Source: Botryllus schlosseri (taxonomy: Eukaryota). Taken from it: DNA of 64,000 nt. Below, one piece after another: positions 1 to 12,413 of the stretch; positions within the stretch are counted from its first letter, which is position 1, and each line of letters begins with the position of its first letter. The translations under genes were made by a program, and so were the position numbers. Under the pieces are notes generated by a model that was given only the letters and a program-made list of their open reading frames with translations, did not search any database and had not been told where the DNA came from. Location: contig CM119371.1 in the NCBI GenBank assembly GCA_051294905.1, forward strand, positions 39,186,001 to 39,250,000, given 5' to 3'.

Positions 1-1394
1 CGTCGAAAACGGGAAGGACAAACGGCGGCTTTTTCCATTGGCCATGACAACCAACGGCTAACAGCAACTAAAGTAATTTCGAGTATATGATAACTGGAAG
101 GTAATGCTGAAGTAACTAAGTATCCCGGCAGGGTCATATGTCGTAGCCTATGCCGTTGAAAGGGGGTGCATTAAACTCGGAATGAAGTGTAATTGATGTA
201 TAGATTTACCGTACTTCGGCAGGTCGTATTATTGTAAGATAAAAAATAGCCATAATTGAAAATTATTAGCAACTTCTGATGAAGGTATACTGCACCGTCA
301 CAACGAATCGTAATGGATTGAGGATTTAGCGGAGCGCATTAATCTTTGGAGTCGGTTTAAAAGGTCCGGCCTGGAAATCATTGAACAAAATGTAATTTTC
401 ACATGAATTGATTTTATCATTGGATTGGATATTCTGACATTGCAACTTCAGTTGGTTTGGAACAAGACATACAATGTACATTGTACAGCATGCATATTAA
501 AAAAATTATTCTCCACTTCTCTGTAGTATTAGCACCCCAATCAATAATGAATTGTTTGAAGCTGGCCCAGAATGATTATATTATTCCCCACAACAGTGGA
601 ACTAAAACCCTAATCACACAGTGGATGAGGGGACTTGATCATTGTGTTTCGCGACGTGAATGGAGCAGCGGACGATCATAATATACACAGGAGTTTAAGC
701 CTATGATCTACTAGGGCCGTAACTGCCACACCCAAACCCCCAATTGGGAGAGCTCGAAGGGGCCCAACATTATTTCATTGGTGGTTTGTTGGAGGATTTT
801 ATTCAACTCAAATTTTTGTCGCGATTTCATGTCCCTAGAGGTCTAAATTTAAATATCATCAGTAAATTAAGAGAAAATGCGCTTATTTTAGATAAATAGG
901 CATTTCGGCGCCGTCGACTACCACGCATTAAACAGGATTGTGACTCGAAGATAAGAGGTGGGCCACAGCGCATTTTCAAACCGGAAAATGGGCAACGGCC
1001 GAAAAAGGGCTGAGAACCCCTGGCCTAGATTGCCCGATGTCACAGTTCTTTTTCGATGTTGAAGCCGCGGCCCTTTCTACTAGTTCTTTCCAATCATTGT
1101 GAGTGCTTTCTTTTCGTCGGGTCTTTGTCTGGGCTATTTTGTCGCCATAAGAACGGCAACGGCAGGGGAAGAGGAGCCCAGATAAACCTCCGTCTGCGTG
1201 CTGGGTGCTTATCGTAAGCACTACACTACACTATAGGCTATCTATCTATCATTCAGCTCAGCATAATGTTGTTGGAACAAATGATCGTGGTGCGGTAGTC
1301 TCAATCGTTGACTTGAGAGATCGTTGTGCTCTCATGTAATTTTAGGTTGATTACGCGATTTTCGGAATCTCTGGGAGGCAGATATATCGTTGTT

Positions 1395-2630
1395 CTTGTT
1401 CTATGTTCTTCTTCTTATGATCATTTGCTACCATCGTTTAATTTTTCTTCTATTTTCCTTTTTTAACTAAACATTTTTACAGCCAGACTGTTCAGAGTCA
1501 AGTGTAGGGGAGATGTGGTACCGATGGATCAAAAATTGCAAAATGATCTCTGGCCCTCAAATCTTCAGCCGAGAATAGTGGATCTTTTGCTGTCTCAACA
1601 CTTCGATACAAGCTCTACCTATCGCGGACATTTACATGAATATCCGCCTTTTCAAAAAATATTTATAAACGCTTAAAATTTGTTGCTCGAACGTGTCATC
1701 GGTCCCCACCCGGTGGGTCCAATGGCACACGACCATGGGACCTATGAGACATACGCTCAACAACTCAAATTCGTTAACTTGTTTTGTTGTGTACTATAAG
1801 CTAAGCTACAGCAAGCCAATGAAGAATGTTTCGTCGCGACCTTCAAGAATAAAATAGATTATATCAACTCAAATGTTGGCCTAAAATCATGTTTTGATTT
1901 ACGCCTAAACTTGCAAAATTAATACCACATACATATTACCCGCAAATAGACATTTTGACTTTCAAATACCTCGTAATAGCGATAAAACACCACAGGTGAC
2001 TATGATTTACAGCCTATATATATGTAGGCGAGTTTCTGTTGTTAGGTGATTAGTTGGTCCATCTATCTTGCTTGATTTGGCTATCGTATCATAGGTCCCC
2101 CGCCCCTAAATATTGTAATTGACTTGAAAATAGTCCACTCGAGGATGGTATTGATTCAAAAAATATGTGCCATTATATACCCTGATACAAGCCCTATACT
2201 TCACATCGAAAATTATGGCGGGTTTGTTAGTCTGAAAGGTGATATAGAAAAATGCAAACGTCGATCCAAATTTACTTTACACCCCCTAAAACGTAAATCA
2301 TTCGTCACAGACCCCATAACTTACGCAGATCGATTTTTTTTGCATGAGAGGAAAGATTCTGTCAGCATGTCATTGTAGACAAATTCACTGAGTGTAATCA
2401 TGGAATTATCATGGAGAATTTTCAAGTATTTTCGGTCCCATTGATCCATCGGTACCACATCTCCCCTACCTGTTTGATGCCGGTGTGATCAGACTAGATG
2501 ACCTTCACGGTCGTATCGATCATTCCTATCTAATACCGAATACTGTGCATGCATATTTTATGTACCACCATCACCGCCGTTTGTTATGTACGTATTTTGG
2601 TCGGATGAAAATAAAGACTCTCTCCCTCTC
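1395..2630 (+). repeat. Short interspersed repeat ending AATAAAG-(CT)n (SINE or LINE 3' end), interrupted by the 1507-2466 MITE
   Basis: Same sequence (acagccagactg...gaccttcacggtc...gatgaaaataaagactctc) recurs at 54990-55245 (minus) and 55770-57035 (plus). Confidence 0.75.
1507..2466. mobile_element. Non-autonomous Tc1/mariner-type element (MITE), TA TSD
   Basis: Perfect 26-bp TIR GGGGAGATGTGGTACCGATGGATCAA / TTGATCCATCGGTACCACATCTCCCC, TA on both sides. The host-repeat copy at ~56860 shows a single TA. Confidence 0.92.
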
Positions 2631-2724
2631 TTACTATTGAATGCGTTGGAACTTCGCGTGTGCGGGAAAATTTTCAAATAATGTATTTTCATCCGCTCGA
2701 TACGCGCAATGTGATGTAATGAGC

Positions 2725-3010
2725 TATAGATAACTAACCTACGGATAGATACGCAACATAATTGCTAATTCCATAGCTGACGACCCGCGCGCTTAAATTC
2801 GATAAAGTTGGTCTTATATGAAAGCTACTGTCGCACTGATTCCGAAAATATACATTAAAATCTAATCAGGGCAATGGAACCCCCTTGAAATACACCTCGA
2901 AGTCCGGAAATCGGCATTGTTTTGAACAATCGCAAACACGCAAGGGCCATTGTTGTGGTCATTGTGTTGCGTCGCCACGATTGTTTAGAACAATGCCGAT
3001 TTTCAGACTC
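2725..3010. mobile_element. Partial copy of the TATAGATAACTAACC-terminal foldback element
   Basis: Shares terminus and internal sequence with 7770-8138 and 32306-37358. Confidence 0.7.
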
Positions 3011-3139
3011 ACAATACCGGAGTAAAATCCGGAAAAATTGGTAAATTTATTACGAGTTTGTATTTGGTTGAACAAAAAAAATGTCAACACTTGAGCAGGC
3101 TACTGATTTCCTATATCTCAGTTCAATTTTAACATACAT

Positions 3140-3268
3140 GTAACCAGAATTTTCAAAAGAGAGGACAAATTCCCAAAAAGGAGGACATTTGGGCCTCCTC
3201 CGAGGACACTTTCAAAAATGTCAAAAAAGAGGACAAATCCTCTTAAAAGAGGACGTATGGTAACCCTA
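3140..3268. mobile_element. hAT-type MITE right end with GAGGACA subterminal repeats
   Basis: Ends ATGGTAACCCTA; same end and subterminal motifs as 26730-26804. Confidence 0.6.
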
Positions 3269-3805
3269 TATTATTTAGGCCTACGCGGCATGGAATGTTT
3301 TTACTTTGGAATTTAAACTCCGAACGACGTAGTTTCGAGCTTATTTCGAATATTGTACGGCTCTAGTACCTATAGCTATCATTCCAATTCCATGAAGAAC
3401 ATAACTTGTCGCGTGCTACATCTCGAGTTACATTATTGCACTCTGATATTGATTGCGCAACGCGAGATCTGACGACACTTCTGTCGTGTTGCTCGACTAT
3501 ATAAAGCCGCGACGGACTCAATTCGAGAGACATTTTGTTATAACCGAACGTTTAAGTATATTCGAATGTCTTGATCGAGTAATATGTGTGGATTCAAGAA
3601 CACCTCGTACGCACAGGACAGAACTACCCAGTTGAGTAGGTTACCCAAGCCAGCTACACTTAACACCTTTGGTTAGCTCTACTTCTACTTCACGAATTAT
3701 AACTCCTAATCACCTGCAACACTAATGAGGACGATCCATACATAGACGAGATTTGGGCCCACAGTTAACTACTCAAGTCGTTGACAAGCAACACGATTTT
3801 AAAGT

Positions 3806-5587
3806 CTATCTTTCTCTGAATATTCTGCGAAACTTCATCTCCGTGTAGATCAGGTGTTCGGGCACGAAACTTCTGTTGGAGTAATACTCCCACCAAATTC
3901 CCTTGTCGCCCGTTTTGTTGAAGTTTCCATTCAGATTGCTGTTGGCGCAACTGCGATACCACCAGCCTCCTTCGTAGTCAGAAGAGCAATCGTTAGCGCT
4001 ACTATCGTGATCGGCGTCGTACGTTGAGAATTGTCGATTGTTGTGATATGAGAAAGAATCGCCACTTGCATTCCCGGTGTATCCCGATACAGTCAGTCTG
4101 TAGTTGTCGGAAGCTGGCCCGATTTGGAAATTGCTGAAAATGAAGAATTGTCAAGGGGTTACTGAAATGGAGGAAAATTGTGTTTACAAATGAGGCTCGC
4201 AGATCTTGAGATGGCCGCATTGGACGCAACGAGGACGCTTTAGCTCAGATATCACTTTTTTAATCATGTGATCGCTTTAAGATTGTTACGGTAATGCTCT
4301 GGATGCCTTCATAAACGTTAAACTCAGCTCAGTTCTTACTTAGTCATCCACTCAATTAATATCCGGTGGTTCTCTACTTGCGGTCACGTTGTTTAGTTTT
4401 GTTCGTAATTTTATTCCACTAATAATTTATATAACTGGTTTATCGAATTGCGACTTGCCTGTAATTAGCCACAGAATGAATTCCGGTAGCTTTCGCGATC
4501 ATCTTAATTTCCAATGCCATATTTCCTCCCTTTGTCCTTTCGTGCAATTCACCGAGTCCTGAAAAAACAACGTTCTGGAAATATGGAACGCGTTGGTCTT
4601 AAATCAAACTATACCTCGTCAGGCTAAGATTTCATAAACCAAAACCGCTACATGACGTAAAAAATGCATTCAATATAGACAATGAGCTTTATAACTGGTA
4701 TGTGATACCAACTTAAGAGCGGCAACATCATCATAGAACTTGAAAAAGTCAAATCAAAAGCTTCCCACCGAGCCAGTAATCTCCTTCACTATTTCCAAAT
4801 CCCTTCACGTAATCATTCCAGCCTCGATAGAAATCCACGTCTCCATACATTCTTCGCTGGAAAACCTGCCACGAAATCAGGGATTTCTAGAAGTCCTTGA
4901 GCGAAATGCATCAAACAATCAAAGTTTTAGAATACACGGGATTTCTCTTCTCTCAATGCGTTCAAAGTTATGGTTCAAAATTGTATGATGCCTCAGCCGT
5001 ATTTTGACCTTTTGTTCATTTTGAACTGATCTTGATGCTCACTGTAAAAGACCTCCGTCTGTAGTCGATCATACACGATTCAACAACTGCTGTAGAGACT
5101 TTATTATACGTCCGTCCGCCGAAGCAGCCGGAAGCAAAAGAGGCAGATACAAGACGAGATATCACTACAACTGTAACAGGGAGGGGTATAGAGCACGTCT
5201 GCCACTCTCACGACGTATAGCAAGCGATTTATCTTTCAAAGATTTCAAAGTCGACTCACAGTCCAATCCTTGTCTGCAAGCCGTCTCTTTTCATCTTCGG
5301 CTTTGAGTTGAAGTTCATTCATTATCTTTGACATTCCATCCGGACCCTTCATGAAACATACACAGAATAGAACGTTCAGTGTATACGTGAAACTATACTC
5401 GCATACCAACCCCACAATCCACCTCTGAGATCCATTTACCGTCGACGTAACTTCTCGCGCAAGATAGCGCTGAAAAATATAAAATTCTCAACTCATTCAA
5501 GTTCAAACACGAGCTCCTGGTACCTGATGAACGCGGGCAGATCATCCCGAGTTTGAACACTAAAATAATCCAAATTTTAAGCGACAT
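3806..5587 (-). CDS. Secreted fibrinogen-related domain (FReD / ficolin-like C-terminal domain) protein, 6 exons, ~244 aa
   Basis: Exons 5587-5524 ([21 protein letters not shown], signal-like), 5469-5411 ([20 protein letters not shown]), 5346-5260 (GPDGM...DKDWT), 4865-4769 ([33 protein letters not shown]), 4558-4459 (LGELHERT...VANY; GC donor), 4133-3806 ([44 protein letters not shown]...C...[15 protein letters not shown]...TEMKFR). Phases are compatible, 735 nt, no internal stop. Hallmark FReD motifs WTVFQRR, FG..EGDYWLG, HN..FST.D.D.D, GGWWY..C..SNLNG and EMK are present. Confidence 0.9.
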
Positions 5588-6883
5588 TTTCAGAAGCAAT
5601 TTGATATTCAACATCAAGTGTCGTGACGATGCGTATATCCTACTGTGTAATCCACGTTTCCTTAAGTGTTCTCTCAATGTGAAATCTGGTAGTGTCGCGT
5701 GAAAATTGAGATATTGGCTAGTCGACTTTCAAACTGTTGCGACATATTCGTACGGCACATGAAGAGTATAATCAAAGAACCAAATTTACTATTATAATCG
5801 ACTTAATGCTTTTCTACGTGTATGATATCGGCGTATATTTTCATCCACTGAAGAGCAAGATACAACAGACTCGAAACACAGAGCGATGTAATGAACATAT
5901 AGGAGGATGTAAAAACAGCCTAGTGCGGCCTCTCAATGTGATCAATATATTTCGCTCTACCGGCATTACTCCTAATAATACTCGATATCTCTGCCTAACT
6001 CCTGATATGCCATTGTCATAGATTTCTATTTTAAACTTTTTCTCGATTTTTGCCATTTGCCCTTCAACTGGTGCATGGGCGTTTCTGCAAAGACGCCGAA
6101 AGAACAGCGTCGTGCGTTGCGTAGTTTTTGATGCTCTACGAAACTTGCTACTCAATAGAACTACGCGCACGTCATCGGCGTCTGCTCTTATACTTGAACG
6201 CAACTAAAGCTCACCATGCAGTTGCTATAAGTTCTTAACATCCGTTTCGGAAGGCGAGTCATCATGCCGAAAGTAATGATAAGTTTTTCATCTGTAACAC
6301 CGCACATTCGTCACATGAGGGCGATGTTATCGATGCTTTGTTTAAAATTTAAATGAATGCAGCATGCTCATTACAGGTACATAGTGCCACACGGGGTTAT
6401 GTCATGGTCATAGCTAATTTAATACGATGCAATACGATACGAGCACAACTTTATTTAGGAATCAATAATTGGGAAATCTTGGTTGATTGATTTGATAATA
6501 ATAACAGCTGAAATGTTACAAACATTCAGGTTTCTGTGTCGATTTAGAGGATTGTAATATAAGTATAAAAACTTCCAATGCAGTTAGTTGGGGTCAACTG
6601 GGTAGTTCTAGTTGCGCATCTACTGAGGGATTTAGTTGGCGAAATATAGAAAACACATGCGTTCGTTTGGAGTGAGTAGTGAAACCGATGTTTTGCTGTG
6701 TGACATTCTTGCGACCATTGCTAGCTCAGAATCATCACTATACTAACAGTGGCGTAGAGCCAGGGGTTTGGGGTCGAAACCTCTCCCGTTTCAAACCCAA
6801 ATCCCCGTCTTTTTGAAATACCGATTCTACCTCCAATATTTAGTCGCCTATCAATAAAGGTCGTTAGATATATATATATGTAG

Positions 6884-7602
6884 ATAGAGAGAGAGAGAGA
6901 ATCTTTATTCGTATACATTACATATCAGCATCACACTACTAAAATGTAACAGTGAAATGCAACATATGCAAGGTAGACGGGAGGCTCGATATGACAAAGT
7001 CTTCAGAGCCGATCCACCCAGGACAGGAGCAATTTTCACAGTCGATAACTAATAAATAAAAAATAAAATTAACTAACGAACGAAAAGAAAAATAAGACAC
7101 AGTATCATGTACCAATTCGAAATACACTGCAAATACAATTTAGCGGTAATTAGAGAAAAGAGAATGAAAACATTGATTTTCAAAAGCACAAGAGTCTAAA
7201 TTACGGAGATTAGGGGGCAGCTTATTCCAAACATTGACACCAATAAAACTGATTGAATTTTGTAATAGACTGGTAGAGTGGTGTTGCACAGACAGAGACA
7301 AGTTAGAAGAAAATCTGGTATGATGTTGGTGGGTATCTGAAAGTATCTTGAACAGATTATCAAAATATAGTGGCAGTTCACCCTGATGATAGCTATGCAT
7401 AAATTTCATTACCTCAAATTTGGAAATGCCTTCCACTTTCAATATTCCAACGCTTCGATACATGTTATTACAATTTTCATATCTAGATTTCCGACAGAGA
7501 ATTCGTATGGCTCGGTTTTGCAAGACTTGCAATTTCTGCAGATGTTTTTTTGCAGCAGGTCCCCAAACTAGGATCCCATAAATGAGATAGCAGTGAATTA
7601 AG
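6884..7602 (-). mobile_element. 5'-truncated CR1/L2-clade LINE (ORF2 C-terminus, 3' UTR, (CT)n tail)
   Basis: Minus frame YGILVWG...KLQVLQNRAIRI...LPLYF...HQHHTRFS...SISFIGVNVWNKLP.NLR is typical of the CR1/L2 RT C-terminus. AATAAA followed by (CT)n at ~6910-6884. Confidence 0.88.
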
Positions 7603-7769
7603 GTTTTAGTCCTAGCTGTGAGTTCTAAAAAGGGAGAAGACTAGTTGTAATTCTAATTGCGCATTTTGAAAATCCAGTGGTTATTACAAGTCTGTGGCAT
7701 AGTAGTGTCGCTTGGACTAGCCGTGGTCATGGACATGTAGGCGGTTGAAAGTCTGAGGGTGAGAAACTA

Positions 7770-8138
7770 TATAGATAACCCTTGAAGTCTGAAAATCACC
7801 ATTGCCCGAAACAATCGCAACCACGCAAGGATCGTCGATATGGTCATTGCGCTGCGTCATTGCGATTGCTCAGAACAATGCCGATTTTCAGACTTTGAAG
7901 GCTATTTGGGGCTGGTTCATTTGTCATGATGAACGTTGAATGTATATTATCAGAATCAGAGCGACTGTAGCTTTCAAATAAGATCAACTTTATTTAATTT
8001 GAGCGCTCTGGTCGTCATCTATCGGATTAGCAATTACGTTGCCGTTTCATGCTATGAAACGACAGCCAATCTGCCGTTGTCGCATGACTGGATCGTGAAT
8101 CACGTGTTACGCATCTATCCGTACGTTAGTTATCTATA
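7770..8138. mobile_element. Foldback/MITE with TATAGATAAC termini and 7-bp TSD
   Basis: Termini tatagataac...gttatctata, flanked by gagaaac (7761-7767 and 8139-8145). Confidence 0.75.
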
Positions 8139-8776
8139 GAGAAACTTTGATCGATTCCGAGCCTACTGGCGCAAAGAGACTGAAACTAAATATGGAGCGA
8201 GAGAAAACGTAGTTAAAATCGTTGTGATATTACAAGCGGGAAAGTCTGCCTATGAGAGTTTGAAAATAGAGAGAGAAGTGCGATTCAACGATTTTGAGAG
8301 ACGGCGGCGAAAAAGAAACAATTGAATTAAAAGTATAGTACTGCAGATTGCAGACATGCAAAACTAGCCTACTTGATTAAATGGATACAGCCTGAACGGA
8401 ACAGTAGAAGAATATGGTTACCGTCTTAATAAGGGGGAGCTATAAAGATATGTTGAACTTTTTTTAGGGGGCGAGGAGTCAAGTTTGGGAATCACTGGAC
8501 TAAGCCATTTAAGGTTTATAAACTAAATCAGATGTGCGTTTACTTTGAAGCATGTTTATTCACGTACCGTGTGTGTGTGCACTGCGCTTTAAGATGTGGT
8601 CTCAATTTGGAGATATTTATTAGCGTGAAATTATTTTCGGAAGCAATCATTTCCCACAGAAAGCCACCGTATTCAAACTGCTGTTTTACACGGAAGTTAC
8701 TTTCCACACTAGACCAGTGCTCCTCAACCGAGTGTTACATAATTTTTACGGGTGTGCCACTTTGATGGGGTGTATT

Positions 8777-9209
8777 TAGGGTTGCATTTAAAACAAAAAT
8801 CAGTTTAAAACAAACATAATTAAAACAAGGCCCTTGTTTAAAACATGTTTATTTTTTTAAGCCATGACGTCACCAATATTCAGTTGTGACGTCATAGTGG
8901 ATTGACATTGACAATTGAAAATAAAGGGTAAGTATAGCTCCTTTGACGAAATATCTGTATTATTGTTGTTGAACCGACTATTTTGATGGTTCCAACCATC
9001 CCATATCGATATACGTCGGCTATATCCAGTGGTAATTGTCCGTAGGCTCATACAGCATGTTTTTTGGAAAGTATTTACACAATTATGGCATAATTTTACA
9101 ACTTTAAAAAAACACATTTTTTTAAAAAAAGACCTCTATTTAAAACACTGTTTGAAACATGTTTTAAACAAATTCTTTTGAAACACCGTCTGTTTTAAAT
9201 GCAACCCTA
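8777..9209. mobile_element. hAT-type MITE (TAGGGTTGCATTT family)
   Basis: TIR TAGGGTTGCATTTAAAAC; perfect 8-bp TSD ggtgtatt. Confidence 0.92.
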
Positions 9210-9915
9210 GGTGTATTGGGGTGTACCAGATACCGCAATAAACTGAGCTGGTAAAGTAAGACATTTTATGACAAACGAACATTCTGCTGATATGAGCCAT
9301 GAAGTTTTAGCAGTTATGAAGACAAAACTGCATCATATGATATACCCTAGCTTACAAAATAAGAAAATAGATTAGAATCATTTTGTAAATATAGAGGTTC
9401 CGCGGACGCCCTGAGAATGCTTCGTGGTTCGCTGATTGGGTACCAACTGTGTCGGATTGAACTCCGGTATTCTCAGGCGACGATTAGTATTTAGAATTAG
9501 CATTTCCTAATACGATATTACCCCGATGTGCAGGTTAAACGAGCCCCGCGCATCGCCAACTACAGCTGACAACCAGTATTTTGTTGTTTCAAGGCTTACT
9601 CATAGTCTGACCTTGTCACGTCATTTCAATGTTATGAGTTTTATTAAATGAGCTTACTGATTATCCATGTGTAGTAACATGCAATTTAAAAAAATGCAAA
9701 TCTTTTCCGATTATTTCATACACGGCCGATAATACGCAATGAACTAGAATCAATTGAAATTCCAAGTATATTTAAGGACACGGAACTATGGAAAGGCATT
9801 TGCGTGTGTGGCTCAGTTGAAGTTGGTCGCATTATATTCTGCACCTATATATTCGGCTGTACGTACACCAACACCACCAACTATCATATCAAGTTCTGTT
9901 GTATTGCTTCTGAAA

Positions 9916-12413
9916 ATGGCGTTCAAGATCTGGATTCCTTTGATGTTCGGATTCGTAATCTACCTTCGTTCATCAGGTACGAAGAATTTGTGTGTTGCGT
10001 TCGAAATTGAATCCAAGTGTGTGTTTTGTATTTTCCAGCAACATTTTGCATGAAAAGGTACGTCAACGGTAAATGGATCTCAATGGGAGATTGTGGGGTT
10101 GGTATGCCAATAGTTTGACGTCATCGGCTAACATTTTTTTCTGTTTGCGTTACATGAAGGGTCCGGGAAGGATGTCGGAGATGCAGAAGGAACTTCAAAT
10201 CAGAGCAGACCACGAAAAGAAATGGACTGTGGGTAGAATTTCAAATCTGTCGAAAATGGAGCTTTTGCAACGCCATGAGAAAACTGGTTTTGAGATGAAC
10301 AAAGGTTCAAAATTAGGAGGACATAAGGTTTGAATCACAACTCTGTAAGTAGGCCTACTCGGAGAGGATAATTCATGGCATTTCTGATTCTGTGAATAAA
10401 TTCGCACACAGGTTTTTCAGAGAAGAATAGATGGAGGCGTGAATTTCTATCGAAATTGGACCGATTACGTAAAACGGTTCGGGAGTAGTGAAGGCGATTT
10501 CTGGCTCGGTATGGAAGTTTAGGTTTGATTCCTTGGGCTGTCGAATTTCGTAGATCTTAAGTTTGTTGCAACCTGAGTAATACAGTTGATTCTGGTTAAG
10601 CAGTTTGATTTCAAACTGCATAATCAACATGATCGAGAATGACACAGGAACTCATTAGGTGGCTAAATACAGGAAGGTTTGGCTAGCACTCATTTACGTT
10701 ACAAAATCTCAAAGCTACGGAATCCATTTGACGGCCAATTTTTCTTCGAATTTCTTGACACTAGCAATAATTCCTAGGCATATGCTCTTTCAGCAATGTA
10801 GCAACACACTATCTCCAGCCATCATATTAGTCACGACAATCCTTGCTATATTTAGCAATTTTCGTATTGGAGCCGGTTCCGACAACTAGGCCTACACACT
10901 AACCGTATCCAGATACTGGGAATGCAACTTTCCATGGTCTCGCATATCACAACAACCAGCAATTCTCAACGAAAGACGCCGATCACGAAAGTTCCTCTGT
11001 GAACTGCGCTTCCTTCCAAGAAGGAGGCTGGTGGTATTACAACTGCGCCCGCACCAATCTGAATGGAAACTTCGATAAAACAGACCACAAGGATAGTGGG
11101 AGGATGGTAGGGGAGACCGGGGACAAATGTAACTAGGGGCAAATGTAACAATCGACCTCACCGCTAGTAGGATGGAGAAATCAGCTTGATATTTTAAGTG
11201 CGCATGCAGTAGTTATCTCTCCTATTATACCTATTATATACGTTGAGTTACGATGCGAAACCCCGGAATAATTTGCAAAAAGCGAAATTTTTGACCCTTG
11301 AGTAAAGTTTTTCTGGTCTGGAATAATTTGTCTAGACGAATAGTAGGCCTACCTCAAGTAGTTACAACGCAATATGTGTAGCTGGAACAATGTTACTATA
11401 GTCTACCGTGATGATGGAAAGAATAGGACTTGCATCGCCGGGAAGCTACCATATTGAGACATTAATCATGGTCGAGCGTGTCAGGGGCAATCGTAACACT
11501 ATGTTACTTTTGCCCCGTTAGAATATGTTATCAATTCTGAATGTCTTTGTTCATATGTTGGTATTACCATTCATCTACTGCAGAATAATCCTGCAACAGC
11601 CAGACGTTCACCAGAACAGATACTACCTTGCGATAGCAATTCTAACATGATCATCTGTCGAAACGGCCATACAATAGTGGTGATGTGAATCTGACGGTTC
11701 GGTTATTTTCGTGATTCAACCACCCTTTCTCATGTTGATCGACTTTTGGTGTGTCGAACTTCAATGCTCATGACTGAATTCTCGTCCTCTGACTTTGATC
11801 ATGGCCCACTTTTTGATATTTTAGCCAGGTCGGTTTCGCACATTCGCAGGTGACCGAATGACCAACCCATTATGCATGCTGAAAAACAGAACCTTGGTAG
11901 AAGAGACCGAATATGTGTAGGGAGATGATGGCATGAATGTGTCTCTTGTACACTTTAAGCTTGAACAAGACACGAAGGGTGATATTGCATTCAGATGCCA
12001 TAAATGCGATGGGGCGTAACCTGGAAGCGTTCAAAAGTCTCTTCCTTTAGTTTCGTGCAATATTACAATTTGTGCTTCCGTTTTCGTTGTTCATTTCGTT
12101 TGTGTTTAGTTATAAATAACACTGTTAAAATAGCCCCGCGAGGGTGGTACAATTGCCCCTGGGTGCGGGGCGATTGTAACATTTGAGCAGCGATTTTTGC
12201 GACCCAAAATTTCCATGATTGATTGTTGATTGAGTTCCAATTTAGTTTTTATATCAACTATCGAGTTGTTGGCTTCTTTATATAAAACTTTGGAAGTGAA
12301 ATTTCCACGAGAGAAACACGTAATGTTGGAAAATACAAAAAGTGTTACAATTGTCCCCGGTCTCCCCTACCCACAGACGCTACCTGTGCTACTCGGAAAT
12401 GAAGTTTCGCTGA
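9916..12413 (+). pseudogene. FReD pseudogene, inverted (head-to-head) paralog of the 3806-5587 gene
   Basis: Exons 9916-9976 (MAFKIWIPLMFGFVIYLRSS), 10039-~10097 (ATFCMKRYVNGKWISMGDCG), 10160-10228 (GPGRMSEMQKELQIRADHEKKWT) and 10412-10508 ([33 protein letters not shown]) are intact. Exon 5 (~10620-10672) has lost its 5' part, has an in-frame TAG and a GA donor. The last exon (from 10856) has a TAG at 10887, frameshifts and a 1258-bp transposon at 11110-12367; it ends EMKFR-TGA at 12413. Confidence 0.88.
11110..12367. mobile_element. Non-autonomous Tc1/mariner-type element, TA TSD, inserted in the FReD pseudogene last exon
   Basis: TIR GGGGAGACCGGGGACAAATGTAAC / GTTACAATTGTCCCCGGTCTCCCC, flanked by TA. 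FReD coding sequence resumes immediately after. Confidence 0.92.

Noticed and set aside
3495..3640. TATATAAAG box suggesting an antisense transcript to the FReD gene
   Set aside because: Motif alone; no supportable exon or ORF follows.
5060..5169. TGTAGT...ACTACA segment as a mini solo LTR, or a missing FReD exon (TTDGG)
   Set aside because: No TSD, single copy, and no open in-phase exon.
10160..10230. Alternative frame ending PRKEMDC, resembling the canonical FReD PxDC start
   Set aside because: The same frame has a stop in the intact paralog; the conserved open frame ends WT and joins VFQRR.
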